From positions 72,526,416-72,590,415 of the forward strand of contig NC_068991.1 in assembly GCF_001194135.2 (NCBI RefSeq): a DNA stretch of 64,000 bases, in the 5' to 3' direction. How positions within the stretch are numbered: the first letter of the stretch is position 1; every line of letters begins with the position of its first letter. The notes under the pieces are model-generated. The model made no database searches, was not told the origin of the DNA, and saw only the letters and a program-made list of their open reading frames with translations. The position numbers and the translations under genes were made by a program. Below, piece by piece: positions 12,875 through 26,740 of the stretch. The DNA comes from Octopus bimaculoides (taxonomy: Eukaryota).

Positions 12875-13307
12875 AGGTTTGAGACAGACTTTGAGAAAGA
12901 CCTTGAGACAGACTTTGAGGCAGACTTTGAGACAGACTTTGAGGTAGGCTTTGAAACAGACTTTGAGGCAGACTTTGTGACAGACTTTGAGGCAGACTTT
13001 GAGGTAGGCTTTGAAACAGACTTTGAGGCAGACTTTGTGACAGGTTTTCTGGTAGATTTTGAGACAGACTTTGAACCTGACTTTGAGACAGACTTAGAGG
13101 CAGACTTTGAGGTAGACTTTGTGACAGGCTTTGAGACAGATTTTGATGCAGACCTTGAGACAGACTTTGAGGCAGGCTTTTGTGACAGACTTTTAAACAG
13201 ATTTTGAGATAGACTTTGAGATGGACTTTGAGATAGACTTCGAGATAGACTTTGAGACAGACCTTGAGACAGATTTTGAGAAAGACTTTGAGGCAGACTT
13301 TGTGATG
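12875..13307. repeat. 12-bp minisatellite (GACTTTGAGACA consensus), about 36 units
   Basis: Direct reading; gives the SQSL-repeat ORF on the minus strand and DFET repeats on the plus strand. Confidence 0.95.
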
Positions 13308-13883
13308 CACTCTGTCTTCTACATTTGAAGTCCTTTTCTGTTTCAGTAAGGAGCAGACCTCAACATATGAAACACTGTGTACTCAACACCAGTTCACTTT
13401 CACCATTGACTCCTGTATTGAACATGGATTTGTCAAGAGTTTCATTAGAACCATCACAATCAAAGCAGAACTTACTAAAAGGGGTTTTAAAATGCCTGTA
13501 CCTTAGTTCTTAAAGTTTGGTGTTATAAGAAAGGCATCTAATTGTTGTTTACTGAATATGGATTTGGACAGGAGAAAGTCAATACATAAGAAGTGATTGT
13601 TTTATAGGTATTCCCAGTTGTTGTATTTGCTGGACATATGTAAATAGTGATCACATGCACATGTTTATATATACATAGGGTATGGGACATCATGGCACAG
13701 CTGTTTTGGCACTGCCGGTTTGGCATTGCTGATTTGACACTGATTTATTTGAGATCAATTGTTTTAATGTTTCTCTCCCTTCTCCTCACTCTCCTTTTGT
13801 GTATGTGTGTGAGCATATCTCTCTTTATATCTATGAGGGAAAAATGGTGATGCCAGTTGTGTTCTGTTAATAAATTGTAAATG

Positions 13884-13943
<60 letters not shown>

Positions 13944-15240
13944 CATGTGTATATTTCTGCACATTTATGAGTGTGTGTGTGTTTGCTTCCAGTGCCGAAA
14001 AGTACTGTTGCTAAAACAGGTTCAGTGTCCAGTTAGCCATGCCAAATTGCCAGTGTCAAACAGCTGCTCTCAGTTGTCTCATTCTAAAATATGTATATAT
14101 GTCTCAGTAAAATTACAAATATTAGGAGAACTTTGTGTTGGTGAAGTGTATGTTTTCCTAACTTGTGTATAATCTAAATTCAAATATATGCTTATTTTCA
14201 AATTAGTATTGATGGGGTTTGATAGGTTTGCCATAGCAATATGAGATTTAGAATGTAATCATTTAAACTGAAGAAAATTTGTGAATTGTTACTGCTCTTT
14301 TTGGCATGCAAGTTGGATTATTCCAACCAAAATTTACAGCCAAAAATGGTGGTTCAATGCATACACCAAGATGACTTTGGAGAACCAAAACCTTCATTTG
14401 AAATGCAGCAGGATTTAGAAAGATGGTGACACTGTTTAAACGTATACACTATGTTTGCATTATATATTGTATCGACTTATATTCTGGAAAATACAGTAAT
14501 TAGAGACGTACTGTAAGTCAAAGAATTCTAGAAAGTAGAAAGCATTTCTATTTAGTACTGAGAAATAGATATAAAAATTGGAAAATATAATGATTTCTTT
14601 TAACTTTTGATTGCTCCATTTTTTTTACCATTTATCAAATGTTTGGAATTATTATGACATGGAATTATGTCATGTACTGTAGTATTTCTAAGATTGCTTT
14701 GCTTTCATATCTGAAGCTTTTGCATTGGCTATATCTTTTCAAACTAAAATCTTATATTATAAATATGAATAAACACATAGAAATATTTAGTATAAGTGTA
14801 CAAAGCAGTGAGAATCTAAATAAAGGTGTGTACAGTTTCTCTTAACATGTTTTTGTACGCTAGAATGTGAAAGGTATTCACTGTAGGATTTTGGAGGAAA
14901 ACACTCTAGACTTTGTGTGTGCAACTGTATAGGAAAACACTATAGGACATTGTGTGTGAAAGCTCATAGTTTTTACAGACAAAAAGAAATTCTTATGCCA
15001 CTTGGATCTCGATTCGATGTGTTTTTGGTCACTTGGACACTTGGAGTTCAGCTCAATGTGGTTTTATACACAAAGTCAATTTGAGATAATTATTATTATT
15101 TTTTTTTACTTTGAGACAGAATCTTGCAGTGAATATCTTTCATGTTCAACTGTCCAAGAATGGGTTGAAAATAAATGTACATGTCTATATATATATATAG
15201 ATACGTGTTGTGCGCATATATAATATATGCATGTATGTGA

Positions 15241-15290
<50 letters not shown>

Positions 15291-15832
15291 NNNNNNNNNN
15301 NNNNNNNNNNNNNNNNNNNNNNNNNNNNNNNNNNNNNNNNNNNNNNNNNNNNNNNNNNNNNNNNNNNNNNNNNNNNNNNNNNNNNNNNNNNNNNNNNNNN
15401 NNNNNNNNNNNNNNNNNNNNNNNNNNNNNNNNNNNNNNNNNNNNNNNNNNNNNNNNNNNNNNNNNNNNNNNNNNNNNNNNNNNNNNNNNNNNNNNNNNNN
15501 NNNNNNNNNNNNNNNNNNNNNNNNNNNNNNNNNNNNNNNATATCATCTTAATCATCTTAATTAAAAACAAGAGAGTAACTAATTTGTACCTTTGCACAAA
15601 GATATAGTTTAAAACTGCCATCATTACCATCATACATTCTTCTACTAATTCCATGCTTCTTTTCTTCCAATGAATTTTTAAAGCTTCTCAAAAAAACTTT
15701 CCCAGGAATGAAAAAAAAAAAAAGAAACCTTCCTAAAATAGTGATATTTTCTAACTGTAGCTGTTTAATGTTTAACTTGAGCATGTGATTAACATGACGC
15801 CTATTCATCCTATTATCTTTCTTTGCCTTCAG

Positions 15833-15904
15833 CCGACTTTCATTAGGCAGCATCAGTGAAGGATCCCCTGTTGCTTCTCGGAGGGCACTTGCCATTCAGC
15901 AAGT
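15833..15904 (+). CDS. BRSK: BRSK exon e: (S)RLSLGSISEGSPVASRRALAIQQ(V)
   Basis: ccttcAG/GTaagt; 72 nt, phase 2-2. ISEGSP..RR matches invertebrate SAD kinases. Confidence 0.9.
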
Positions 15905-16877
15905 GTAAGTAGCATGGGCTTCATCACTTCTCTCTGTGTTGTTACCTCTGTGTCGTTTGCCTGCACCTGCACATGCATACATACACACACACACACACAC
16001 ACACAAGCATGCATGCAAGCATACATACATATGCACACATGTACATCCATGGGTGCATATATATATATATATATATATATAGGCAGCAATTTGCAATGTT
16101 TCACCAAAAGGGAGTATTATAATTGTCACTAAATGAGGCTAGAAATAAGAGCTAAACTGTGCTCCTATTTGTATATATGTACACACACACACACACACAC
16201 ACACATACGCATATTTATAAAAAATGAAGGCAGCTATATGCAATATAAAACCCCCCCAAAAAATCCAGTTGTCAATAATTGTGACTGAGGGTACTGGGTA
16301 GCACCTATATTGTTAGAAATAAGAATTAAAAAGCCTTAAAATTGCAAGAAAGCACATTTTCATATACTAACAGGGAAGATAACCACCCAATAAGCAAAGC
16401 TAGATCACTAGACTAGATTCCCCTGTCAATATATGAAGATGTGCTTTCTTGCAGCGCTAAGGGCTTTTAACTCTTATTTCTAGCTAAATATACATACATA
16501 CATACATACATATATATATANNNNNNNNNNNNNNNNNNNNNNNNNNNNNNNNNNNNNNNNNNNNNNNNNNNNNNNNNNNNNNNNNNNNNNNNNNNNNNNN
16601 NNNNNNNNNNNNNNNNNNNNNNNNNNNNNNNNNNNNNNNNNNNNNNNNNNNNNNNNNNNNNNNNNNNNNNNNNNNNNNNNNNNNNNNNNNNNNNNNNNNN
16701 NNNNNNNNNNNNNNNNNNNNNNNNNNNNNNNNNNNNNNNNNNNNNNNNNNNNNNNNNNNNNNNNNNNNNNNNNNNNNNNNNNNNNNNNNNNNNNNNNNNN
16801 NNNNNNNNNNNNNNNNNNNNNNNNNNNNNNNNNNNNNNNNNNNNNNNNNNNNNNNNNNNNNNNNNNNNNNNNNNATA

Positions 16878-16910
<33 letters not shown>

Positions 16911-16973
16911 GTATGTATACATATCCCACCCATGCTAGCATGGAAGGTGGATGTTAAATGATAATGATGATGA

Positions 16974-17006
<33 letters not shown>

Positions 17007-17753
17007 TATCATCATCAATATTAAATGTTCACTTTTCGATGCTTACATAAGTCAGTCAGAATTTGTTGAGGTAGATTTTCTACACCTTGACACCCCTCCT
17101 TGTCACCAACCCACACCTGTTTCCAAGCAAGGTAAATATTTCCCCGTGTCCAAACATGTTTTTCACAGAAGACTGGAAACGAACAACCTCACTACATATG
17201 TTGATGTTGCTTATTTACTAGTATCACGTGATGTCTACACACGCACGCACACACTCACATGTGTTTCTTCTTTATTTGATATCTGTGTTGTAATGCCTCT
17301 GTGTGTAAAGTATATAAAGACTTAGGTGTGAGACAGTTTAATGCAACAGTAAAGAAAAAAATGGAATAGGTAAAAAAAACAGAGTCCAAGGAAATCACTG
17401 GTGGTGTTTGTTGGTAAGCATTATACAGAGAAGTTTATAAGTTTATGGAAATTTGCATGATGTTTGGGTAGAAGAGGAACCTGATGTCTTAGGGTTGTCT
17501 CTTTTTTGGAAAGCAAAGGCCCCATGGCATAGTAGATTGGATGTTGGGCTTGTGACTATTAGATCGTTGTTTCAGTTCTCAGACTGGGTAGAGCATTGAG
17601 TCAGGAAGCAATGCACCTCATGTTGCTTCAGTCAACTTAGCAGCAAACAAAAATAAGAAAATGTGGTGGAGGACATCAGCGACAGGTGAGGGTGGGTGGG
17701 TTATTGACTCCGTCCATTTTAGTGGAGGAAGTCTTGAAGCTTCTGTCATTTAA

Positions 17754-17948
17754 CCCTTTTGATAACGCCTCTGGCTCTGTCTTGTTTTTAAAAGTTCTGA
17801 ATTAAAATCTTCGACCAAACCTTAGTCACAATTTATGTTCCTAACACTAGCTTAATGATAATTAAGTTATTTTACTAAATTCTTTGTTATATTTTAAATT
17901 AATTGAAAGAAATACAGAGCATCTCAACTGAAATATGGTAACAAAGGG
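17754..17948. mobile_element. piggyBac-type MITE (TTAA TSD)
   Basis: ttaa-CCCTTT...AAAGGG-ttaa; related to 33151-33389. Confidence 0.7.
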
Positions 17949-20666
17949 TTAAATGTTACAGAAATTTGGACAAATTCCAGTTTAGTAGGCCAGTAGGTTT
18001 GGGACAGATTTTAAATTTAGCTTAACTTTAGTCTTGAAGAGAGAAAACATCTTTTCAACACATGAAAAAAAAATCTCTATTAGTTGAAGAAATGTTTCTG
18101 AAGCACCAGATTCGTTCTTCATTTGTCTTTTCACCACAGTATATAAACTTCTTTGGATTTATCTGGACTCATAAACTTCAATAGTAAAACAGAAATCAAC
18201 AAGCTGGTAATTCATTTCATTGTTATCAAAACACACAAAATATTTTTTAAATATAAAANNNNNNNNNNTTAAATTTTGGTAGCAATGAATTCACTCTGAA
18301 AGAAATGTTTAAGTTTTTAGCACACATGAAATAAATGTTATTAGTATCTCTCAAAGGACTTGAAAAAACATTTATAAACATTCTCTTTTTATCCTGTTTT
18401 ACTTTGTTTATCTCTTGTTCTTTTCTTTCTTCTTTGCTCTTTCCTTTTTTTTTTTTTGCTATTTTTTTTCTATTTCTTCAGTGCATGAATTCTAACCTAA
18501 GATAAACTTTATATCTAACAGTTAATTTTGTTTTTGTATTTGATTTGCAAGATTCTTGATGTGAATTTGTATATTGAAACGCTTTTTGTTGTATCTTGGG
18601 AGGGTCATTATGCCAATAACAAACACACACAAACATTGGTTCTACTTCATTTCTTTTATTATTATTATTATTAGTCATTTTGTTCAAATGATTAATCAAA
18701 CAATTAATTACTTGATTGATTAAATGTTAATGAATTGACTAATAATTTTTGATATAGACACAAAGTGTGACATTTGGGGAGAAGAGACTAGTTGATTAAA
18801 TAAATCACCCCCAGTGCTTGACTGTGAACCATGGTCGGTGAACTGTGATAAGTGAACTGCAATATGGCGAGGGATTACTGTATGTAACTGCAGGCATGGG
18901 TGTGTGGTGATGAAGCTCACTTTGAAACCACGGGGTTTTGGGATCAGTCCCACTGAGTGGCACCGTGGGCAAGTGTCTTCTACTATAACTCCAGGCTGAC
19001 CAATACCTTGTGAGTGAATCTTGTGAATTTCACACAATCTTGCTTCCCAACCACATAGTTCCGGGTTCTATCCCACTGCATGTCACCTTGGACAAGTGTC
19101 TTCTACTATAGCCTCAGGCCATCCAAAGCCTTGTGTGTGGATTTGGTAGATGGAAACTGAAAGAAGCCCATAATATATATATATATATATATGTATATAT
19201 TTATGTGTGTGTGTCTGTCTGTACCCCCACCATCGCTTGACGACTGATGCCGGTATGTTTATGTCCCCGTAACTTAGTGGTTTGGCTAAAGAGACCGGTA
19301 GAATAAGTACTAGGCTTACAAAGAATAAGTTCTGGGGTCAATTTCTTTGACTAAAACCCTTTAAGGTGGTGCTCCAGCATGACCACAGTCAGATGACTGA
19401 AACAAGTTAAAGGATATAGATATGTGTATGTTTGTGTTTGTCATCACTCTCCTACTGCTTGACATCTGGTGTTGGTTTGTTTATGTTCCTGTAACATAGC
19501 AGTTCAGCAAAAAAGACTAATAGAATATGTACCAGACTTTAAAAAAGCAACACAAAAACATAAGTACTAGTGTTGATTTGTTTGACTAGAACTTTTCAAG
19601 GTGGTGCTCCAGCATGGCTGCAGTCCAATGACTGAATCAAGTTAAAGATTATCGAAAGAAAAAAGAAGATATTAAATAACAGCAAAAGAAAAAAAAAATT
19701 ACCCCTTAATTACATTGTTTATAGTAAATCTAACCACAAATTATTATTTCATATAATTTTCTTAGTTATGTCTATCTTTATTAATGAAAATCAGTAAGTT
19801 AATAGTGAAATAATCGTTAACTTCATCTGAAACATAGAAAAATATTTACTCATTCTATTATTTTAAAATGAATTCATTTTCAAAAGCATTTAATGTGATT
19901 TCTATTGTATGTCAATGTTATTATTTTCGATATAAATCCATTAATTCTGCTAGATATGCAAATTACTTTATAATTGCTTGCAATTTTCTGAGAGCTTTTT
20001 CTTTTAAAAAGAAAACACAGCATTTTGAAGTCAAGTAATAGCAGCTGATATTGTTGTATATTTAGCCAAATAGTGTATATAATTTCAAATAGTTGATATA
20101 CAACAACTTTTTATTTTTATTTTTCTATGTGATTCACTCATTGGACTGTGGCCATACTGGAGGCTTAACTGAACAAATTGACTCCAGTACTTTTGTTTAA
20201 GTGTATTATTCTGTCAGTCTATTTTACTGACTCACTAAGCTACAAGGAACATCAACAAACCAACACCAGTTGTCAAGTGTGACTGAGACAAACACAAAAA
20301 ACATATGCATATATGTACATACATATGCACACATTTATATGTGTGTGTATGTGTGTGTGTGTGTGACTTAAAGGTTTGGTCGCCGTTTAGTTACATATTT
20401 AGGAGTTGGTTATAGATTTACTTATTGAATTTATTTCCTGATACAGTTGTACATAGGGTAAATGTGTTTGAAAGTTGTAGTTTCTTTGGTATGTTTGTTC
20501 CCTAACAACACTTATTTTAGTGTTGTTGACACCACTGGATTAAATGGTACTGCCCAGGTGTCAAAACCATAATGATATCCGTGGGGCAGCTGATGATGGA
20601 GGTATGTCGGATTGTTGGTATGGCTGTTTTTGTATGTGTGGAATAGGGTTAGAACATGTCCTTTTG

Positions 20667-20702
<36 letters not shown>

Positions 20703-21280
20703 TCATCATCATCGTTTAACGTCCGCTTTCCATGCTAGCATGGGTTGGACGAACCATGGGTTAATGTTAGCAGTTTAAGTACTGAATAGCAATCTTTATA
20801 TCTTACTTAATGTGGATATATTTAAGAACACCATAATACTGTGGTATTTGTCTTGAGAAAGTCTGGACATGTTGTGTCTGCTGCTATTTCCATGCTTTTT
20901 AGTACTATACCAGATGTTTTCTGAAGCTGAATATCACAGTATTATGCTATTCTTAAAGTATATCCATGTTAAGTAGGATATAAAGATTGATATATATGTG
21001 CGTGTGTGTGTGATAGGTTTCTTTCAGTTTCCATCTATGAGAAACTCTCATGAGATGCTGGTCGCCCCAGAGACTTAGTAGAAGATACCTGTCCAAGATG
21101 CTGTGTAGTGGGACCGAACCCAGAACTATGGTGGGAAGCAAATTTCACGTGTGCTTTTTTATATATAATGTAATATCTGTATATATATTTGTAAATTGTC
21201 TGTCTGTATGTCCATCCTATATTCAGAAACTACAAAATGACTACCATAAAGCCATATGCATACATACATACATACATACA

Positions 21281-21316
<36 letters not shown>

Positions 21317-21530
21317 TATATATATCGTCGTCGTCGTCGTTTAACGTCCGCTTTCCATGCTAGCATGGGTTGGACGATTTGACTGAAGACTGGTGGCCCA
21401 GGAGGCGACACCAGGCTCCAATCTGATTTGGCAGAGTTTCTACAGCTGGATGCCCTTCCTAACGCCAACCACTCCAGGAGTGCCAATTGAGATAGATATT
21501 AATAATAATAATAATAATGATGATGATGCC

Positions 21531-21563
<33 letters not shown>

Positions 21564-21567
<4 letters not shown>

Positions 21568-21764
21568 TGATAATAGGGAAAACAAAGAATTTGAACATTC
21601 AGACTTTCTGCTTGGTTTATTCATGATAATTGTCCAACACGTGTTTCGATTGTATCAACTGCAAATTGCTACGTACAATTGAAACACGTGTTGGTCAATT
21701 ATCATGAAAAAACAAAACAGAAAGTCTGAATGTTCAAATTCTTCGTTTTCCTTGCTATCAGTAT
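21564..21764. repeat. ~200-bp foldback/hairpin element
   Basis: Arms of about 90 bp are reverse complements (gaatttgaacattcagactttctg / cagaaagtctgaatgttcaaattc); central loop about 18 nt. Confidence 0.85.
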
Positions 21765-21987
21765 TGTGATTTTACACTCTAAGTAGCCAGGGAATAAGCT
21801 GTAACATTGGATGGTAGTTTTTAGGATATACACCTTAAAATGGACCATTGGAAGAAACTAGCCTTGGCACTTTACATAGAGTAATGCGTTATCTGCCTGG
21901 ATATTTATATCTATCTTCTTACTATATATTATTATTATTATTATTATTATTATTGTTATTATTATTTATATCTATCTTCTTACTATA

Positions 21988-22039
<52 letters not shown>

Positions 22040-22787
22040 GTTATTATTATTATTATTATTATTACTATATAATAATATATATATATATGGCTGTCAGCAG
22101 TGAGCTGGTAGAAACATTAGCATGCTGGACAAAATGCTGGGGTCGATGTAATCAACCGGGTTCATTCCCCCAAATTTGGGGCCTTTTACCTACAATAGAA
22201 AGGATTGTTGTTTTTATTGTGTTCTGAGTATATTTTATTTATAATCTAATTTAAATTCTGAAATACATTTCATTCATGATAAATTAATATGTAACATGTC
22301 TTCTCAAAGAAGACAAAAAGTAAAACGTAAAGCTACATAATAGTAACTTCCAAGAATATTAATATAAAAAAAATGTAATTACTGATCAATATCCAATCAA
22401 ACATTCACAAGTATTTTGGCTGGGAGCAATAATTGATATATTTGTTTTATTAAGGAATTCTAAATAAAGTGTCAGCTAATTATCAGCTAATTATATGATA
22501 TGAAAAACTGATTGGGAATAGATATAATTATAAGACCTGCTGGTGAATTTATTAATTATTAATTATTAATTATTATGGTTCACTTACTTAAGCCATAAAC
22601 CTTCTGAAGCTTTTTATAACATATTTATTGATTTTTTTAAAACTGTGATTGGTAGAAGATGGGAAGCACTGCCTTGGTTTTTACAAGAAGTGTCCCAGAT
22701 AAGGGAGAATGATGTTGTTGATGTTTGGCTTGTGGTTGGATGTGTCTTTAGGAAAGTCTTTGATCGACAGAGAATTCCAGAAAATTT

Positions 22788-23185
22788 GGCGCAGGAGTGG
22801 CTGTGTGGTAAGTAGCTTGCTTACCAACCACATGGTTCCGGGTTCAGTCCCACTGCGTGGCACCTTGGGCAAGTGTCTTCTACTATAGCCTCGGGCTGAC
22901 CAAAGCCTTGTGAGTGGATTTGGTAGACGGAAACTGAAAGAAGCCCGTCGTATATATGTATATATAGATGTGTGTGTTTGAGTGTCTGTGTTTGTCCTCC
23001 CAACATCGCTTGACAACCGATGCTGGTGTGTTTACGTCCCCGTCACTTAGCAGTTCGGCAAAAGGGACCGATAAAATGAGTACTAGGCTTACAAAGAATA
23101 AGTCCTGGGATCGATTTGCTCGACTGAAGGCAGTGCTCCAGCATGGCTGCAGTCAAATGAATGAAACAAGTAAAAGAGTAAAGAG
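22788..23185 (+). mobile_element. Full-length CORE-like tRNA SINE
   Basis: tRNA head, GGCACCTTGGGCAAGTG core-like motif, internal (TA/TG)n and ATGACTGAAACAAGTAAAAGAG-type tail. Many fragments elsewhere (e.g. 8334, 19040, 59921). Confidence 0.85.
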
Positions 23186-23674
23186 TATTCTAGCAAAGAT
23201 AAAAAAGGCTGGCTGGCTGGCTTGTTGGCTGGATAGAGTGTGTTCTTTACTATGTGTGAGAGATGATACACAGTAAGGTTGCTAGGAGGGTGAAAAAAGA
23301 TGGGTGGGTCTGGTTGGTGTAGATATGCAGTTTGCTAGGACAAACAATTGTAGCAGTGATAGAGAAGACACAGTCCACTCTTTGAGCTACTGGTTCACAT
23401 TGGTCAGGGATTGAATCTTTGCCAATCAGTTGAATAGCTAAAGCTGGTTGAGAAGTTAGCTGAGCTGTATCTGACAGTGTTAACAAGAAACCTTATCATA
23501 GTTTTAGTTATTTTGTTGATGGGTTTAAAACCACTGTCATCTGGTCGTTACATTAATTTAGCTGAGTTAACATTAGGGCTGGTCATCAATCTGCGGATGA
23601 CTGTCCCACTTCTTCCAAACTTTTACAGAGGCCATTAAAAAGGTCATGGATACTGCCTTTTATTTTTCTTATTT

Positions 23675-23900
23675 CTTTATTGCCCACAAGGGGCTAAACA
23701 TAGAGGGGACAAACAATGACAGACAAAGGGATTAAGCTGATTACATCAACCCCAGTGCATAACTGGTACTTAATTTATCGACCCCGAAAGGATGAAAGGC
23801 AAAGTCAACCTCGGCGGAATTTGAACTCAAAACGTAACGGCAGACGAAATACCGCTAAGCATTTCGCCCGGCGTGCTAACGATTCTGCCAGCTCGACGCC
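23675..23900 (-). mobile_element. tRNA SINE with Deu/Nin-like central domain
   Basis: Minus strand GGCG..GAGCTGGCAGAA...GCCTTTCATCCTTTCGGGGTCGATAAATTAAGTACC. Further copies at about 8610-8824, 34664-34888 and 37070-37270. Domain name is from memory. Confidence 0.8.
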
Positions 23901-24371
23901 TTAAATTTTTCTGTTAACTAAACTGATTAAAAAGAAATTTAATTTAATTAACTGTTCATTATTGACATGATGTATTTGACTTACACCTTCTTCACACACA
24001 CCACTAAAAAGACTTAGGGGTAGACCTCAGGGTAAGATGGTTGAATAATGTCCATAACCTTGATTGGTATTACTGGGGGATCCAGTTGGAATATTTTCTA
24101 GTTGTTGCTTTTGCTATGATACTCTATAGGACATGTCTGAGAACTCTGCCATTCATGACCCTGACAGAAATAATGGACACCGAAAGTAGTTGGATTATAA
24201 TAATACCAATTGTTTAATTTAGATATCAATTATTTTTATGGAGAGATACTTTTCCTAAAACACCTACAATTTTCAGAATACAGTTTCTCTTTGTAAATAT
24301 GTAGCTTAAATGTTTCTATGCTTAATTGGTCAATGTTTAAATTTATGTTGAATTTGTTTGTGTAATGTGTG

Positions 24372-24457
<86 letters not shown>

Positions 24458-24479
24458 TACATACATACATACATACATA

Positions 24480-25372
24480 CAGGGTGCAATGGGTAAATTG
24501 TCACCATTTTACATTTTTTTATTTTATGCATGTGTATTGTTCGTTTTTGATTTTGTCAACTGCACAGTATAGTAGGGTCAGTTGAGCACCATCTGTGAGA
24601 AAAATAGCACCATGATGTAATTCAGTCTGCTAGAAATTTGAAAATGACATGCTGTACTGCTTGACATTTGCACTGGAAACTCCAGTACTAACATTTCAGA
24701 GTGTTTGGGTGTCAATCTGAGGACAGTGCAATCTGAGGACATGTACCAAGAGTGATGATAATCAAACACTCAGTCAACATCATGGTGTTTGGAGTGATCA
24801 CTAGTGATGGCAACGTTATGCCTACATTCATCTTCCCACATGGCCTCAACCTCAACAGAGAGGCCTACATCAAGTGCCTGGAGGAGGTAGTGCTGCCCTG
24901 GGTAAAGAGGGTGGCTGCTGGAAGACCCTATGTCTGGCAACAGGACTCTGCACCATGCCACACTGCAGGAGAATCCAGTCATGGTTGTCAGACAATTTCT
25001 GCAACTCCATTACTCCTAACATCTGGCCAACTAACTCCCTAGACTGCAACCCCCTTGATTATTATGCATTGGGCGCAGTTGAGCGGGAGACCAACAAAAC
25101 TTCATGTAACACTAAAGATAAACTGAAGGCAAGGATTATTGCAACATTCACCAACTTAAACAAGAAGACCATTCAGAAGAGTTGCAGGAGATACCAAAGT
25201 CGTTTGGAGGCCGTGGTTGAAGCCAATGGCGATTTTTTTGAATAAATTTACTCTTTAATATTTCAAGATATTTTTATGTAATTCTGGTAAATATATCTGT
25301 TACAATGAGATGTCAGCATTATTTTCATTTTTGCGTAATTTAGACGACGGTTTATTCACTGCACACTGAATA
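24480..25372 (+). mobile_element. Deleted maT/DD37D Tc1-mariner element
   Basis: Transposase relic 24752-25245: VMVFGVI-like segment, QQDSAPCH, then a 1-nt frameshift, then WPTNSLDCNPLDY. There are 37 residues between the 2nd and 3rd catalytic D. Right TIR is degenerate. Confidence 0.85.
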
Positions 25373-26201
25373 TATATACATATATGTATTATATTTTTAT
25401 TTTTATTTTATGAGAAAGTGTTATTCTTCATTATGCCTTTGTTTTCATTATCATTGTACTTCAATCAACTTGTTAATTGTACTTTAACACAACACCAGCC
25501 TCTGCACGTCGTTTCAGCTTTTCATTTCACTCCCTACACAGCTCCAACTGGTTTACTTTAATTCAAAGGCATCGATAACTACCTTTGATTTTTTATCAAT
25601 ATTTTTATGTAACAACATCTTTTCATTGAGTAAACTAAATATACTTTCATTGTTGCCAGCTAAAGGTTTATATAACCATCAGAATCTTCTCTGAATATTA
25701 TTTTGTTCCATAGTCATAAAACTAGTTATCACTGATATCACTCACCAATTCATATGCATTGCACATTTATAAGTTTCCACTACGTTAAGTACTATATTTC
25801 AGGGAGTTAATTTACTGCTTCGCATGTAAAGAAGTAGAAATTATTCTTCTCTAGAAAGATAGTATCTCATTCTACCGTTTTGCATTAACATGGAATTTAT
25901 GTTAAGGATTTCCAGCTAATTTATACGTAACTCAACAACCAGCTATTCAAATGTGAGTGAGTTAGTGAGTGTGTGTGTGCATGTGTGTGAGTGTGTGTGT
26001 ATGTGAGTGAGTGTGTGAGTGAGTGAGTGAGTGTGTGAGTGAGTGTGGGTGAGTGAGTGTGTGTGTTTGAGTGAGTGTGTGTGTGTGATTGATTGTGAGT
26101 GAGTGTGTGTGTGTGAGTGTGAGTAAGTGAGTGTGTGTGTGAGTGAGTGAGTGTTTATGTGTGTGAATGAGTGAGTGAGTGTGTGTGTGTGCATGTGTGC
26201 A

Positions 26202-26294
<93 letters not shown>

Positions 26295-26323
26295 TTATGT
26301 ATATGTCTGTGAGAGTACATATA

Positions 26324-26361
<38 letters not shown>

Positions 26362-26537
26362 CATACACACATGATGCATATACACACAAACATTGAAAAA
26401 TATACTTGGATTATTTCAAATATAACACATCTTCATAAATGTAAATATAATTTTAAGAATTGCAATTAATTAATATTCTTTAAAGATATACTCTTTTGGT
26501 TCAAATTGTTTATTTTTGTTTGTTTTATTTCCTGTAG

Positions 26538-26740
26538 GAGAAAAGCCAGTATAACAGGAAGTCCTGGTTCATCACCCCTATCAAGTCCAAAGTTGTCTCA
26601 ACGTGCTACACCAACTAATAGCCCTACTAATACTCCTCCAACATCCCCAAGAATCACCCCAGCACCATGGAAAACTCGTCTTCATACTATTAAAAACAGT
26701 TTTCTGGGATCTCCTCGCTTTCACAGACGCAAACTTCAAG
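26538..26740 (+). CDS. BRSK: BRSK exon f: [10 protein letters not shown]...[25 protein letters not shown]
   Basis: cctgtAG/GTattc; 203 nt. Contains the diagnostic [18 protein letters not shown](L/M)Q; lies within ORF 26506-26967. Confidence 0.97.

Noticed and set aside
17650-17690. CAG/GTGAGG donor-like site
   Set aside because: It lies at the end of a degenerate SINE-like sequence, with no matching acceptor or BRSK-like peptide.
26538-26540. NAGNAG acceptor (TAG GAG)
   Set aside because: A distal GAG acceptor is rarely used, and there is no evidence for it.
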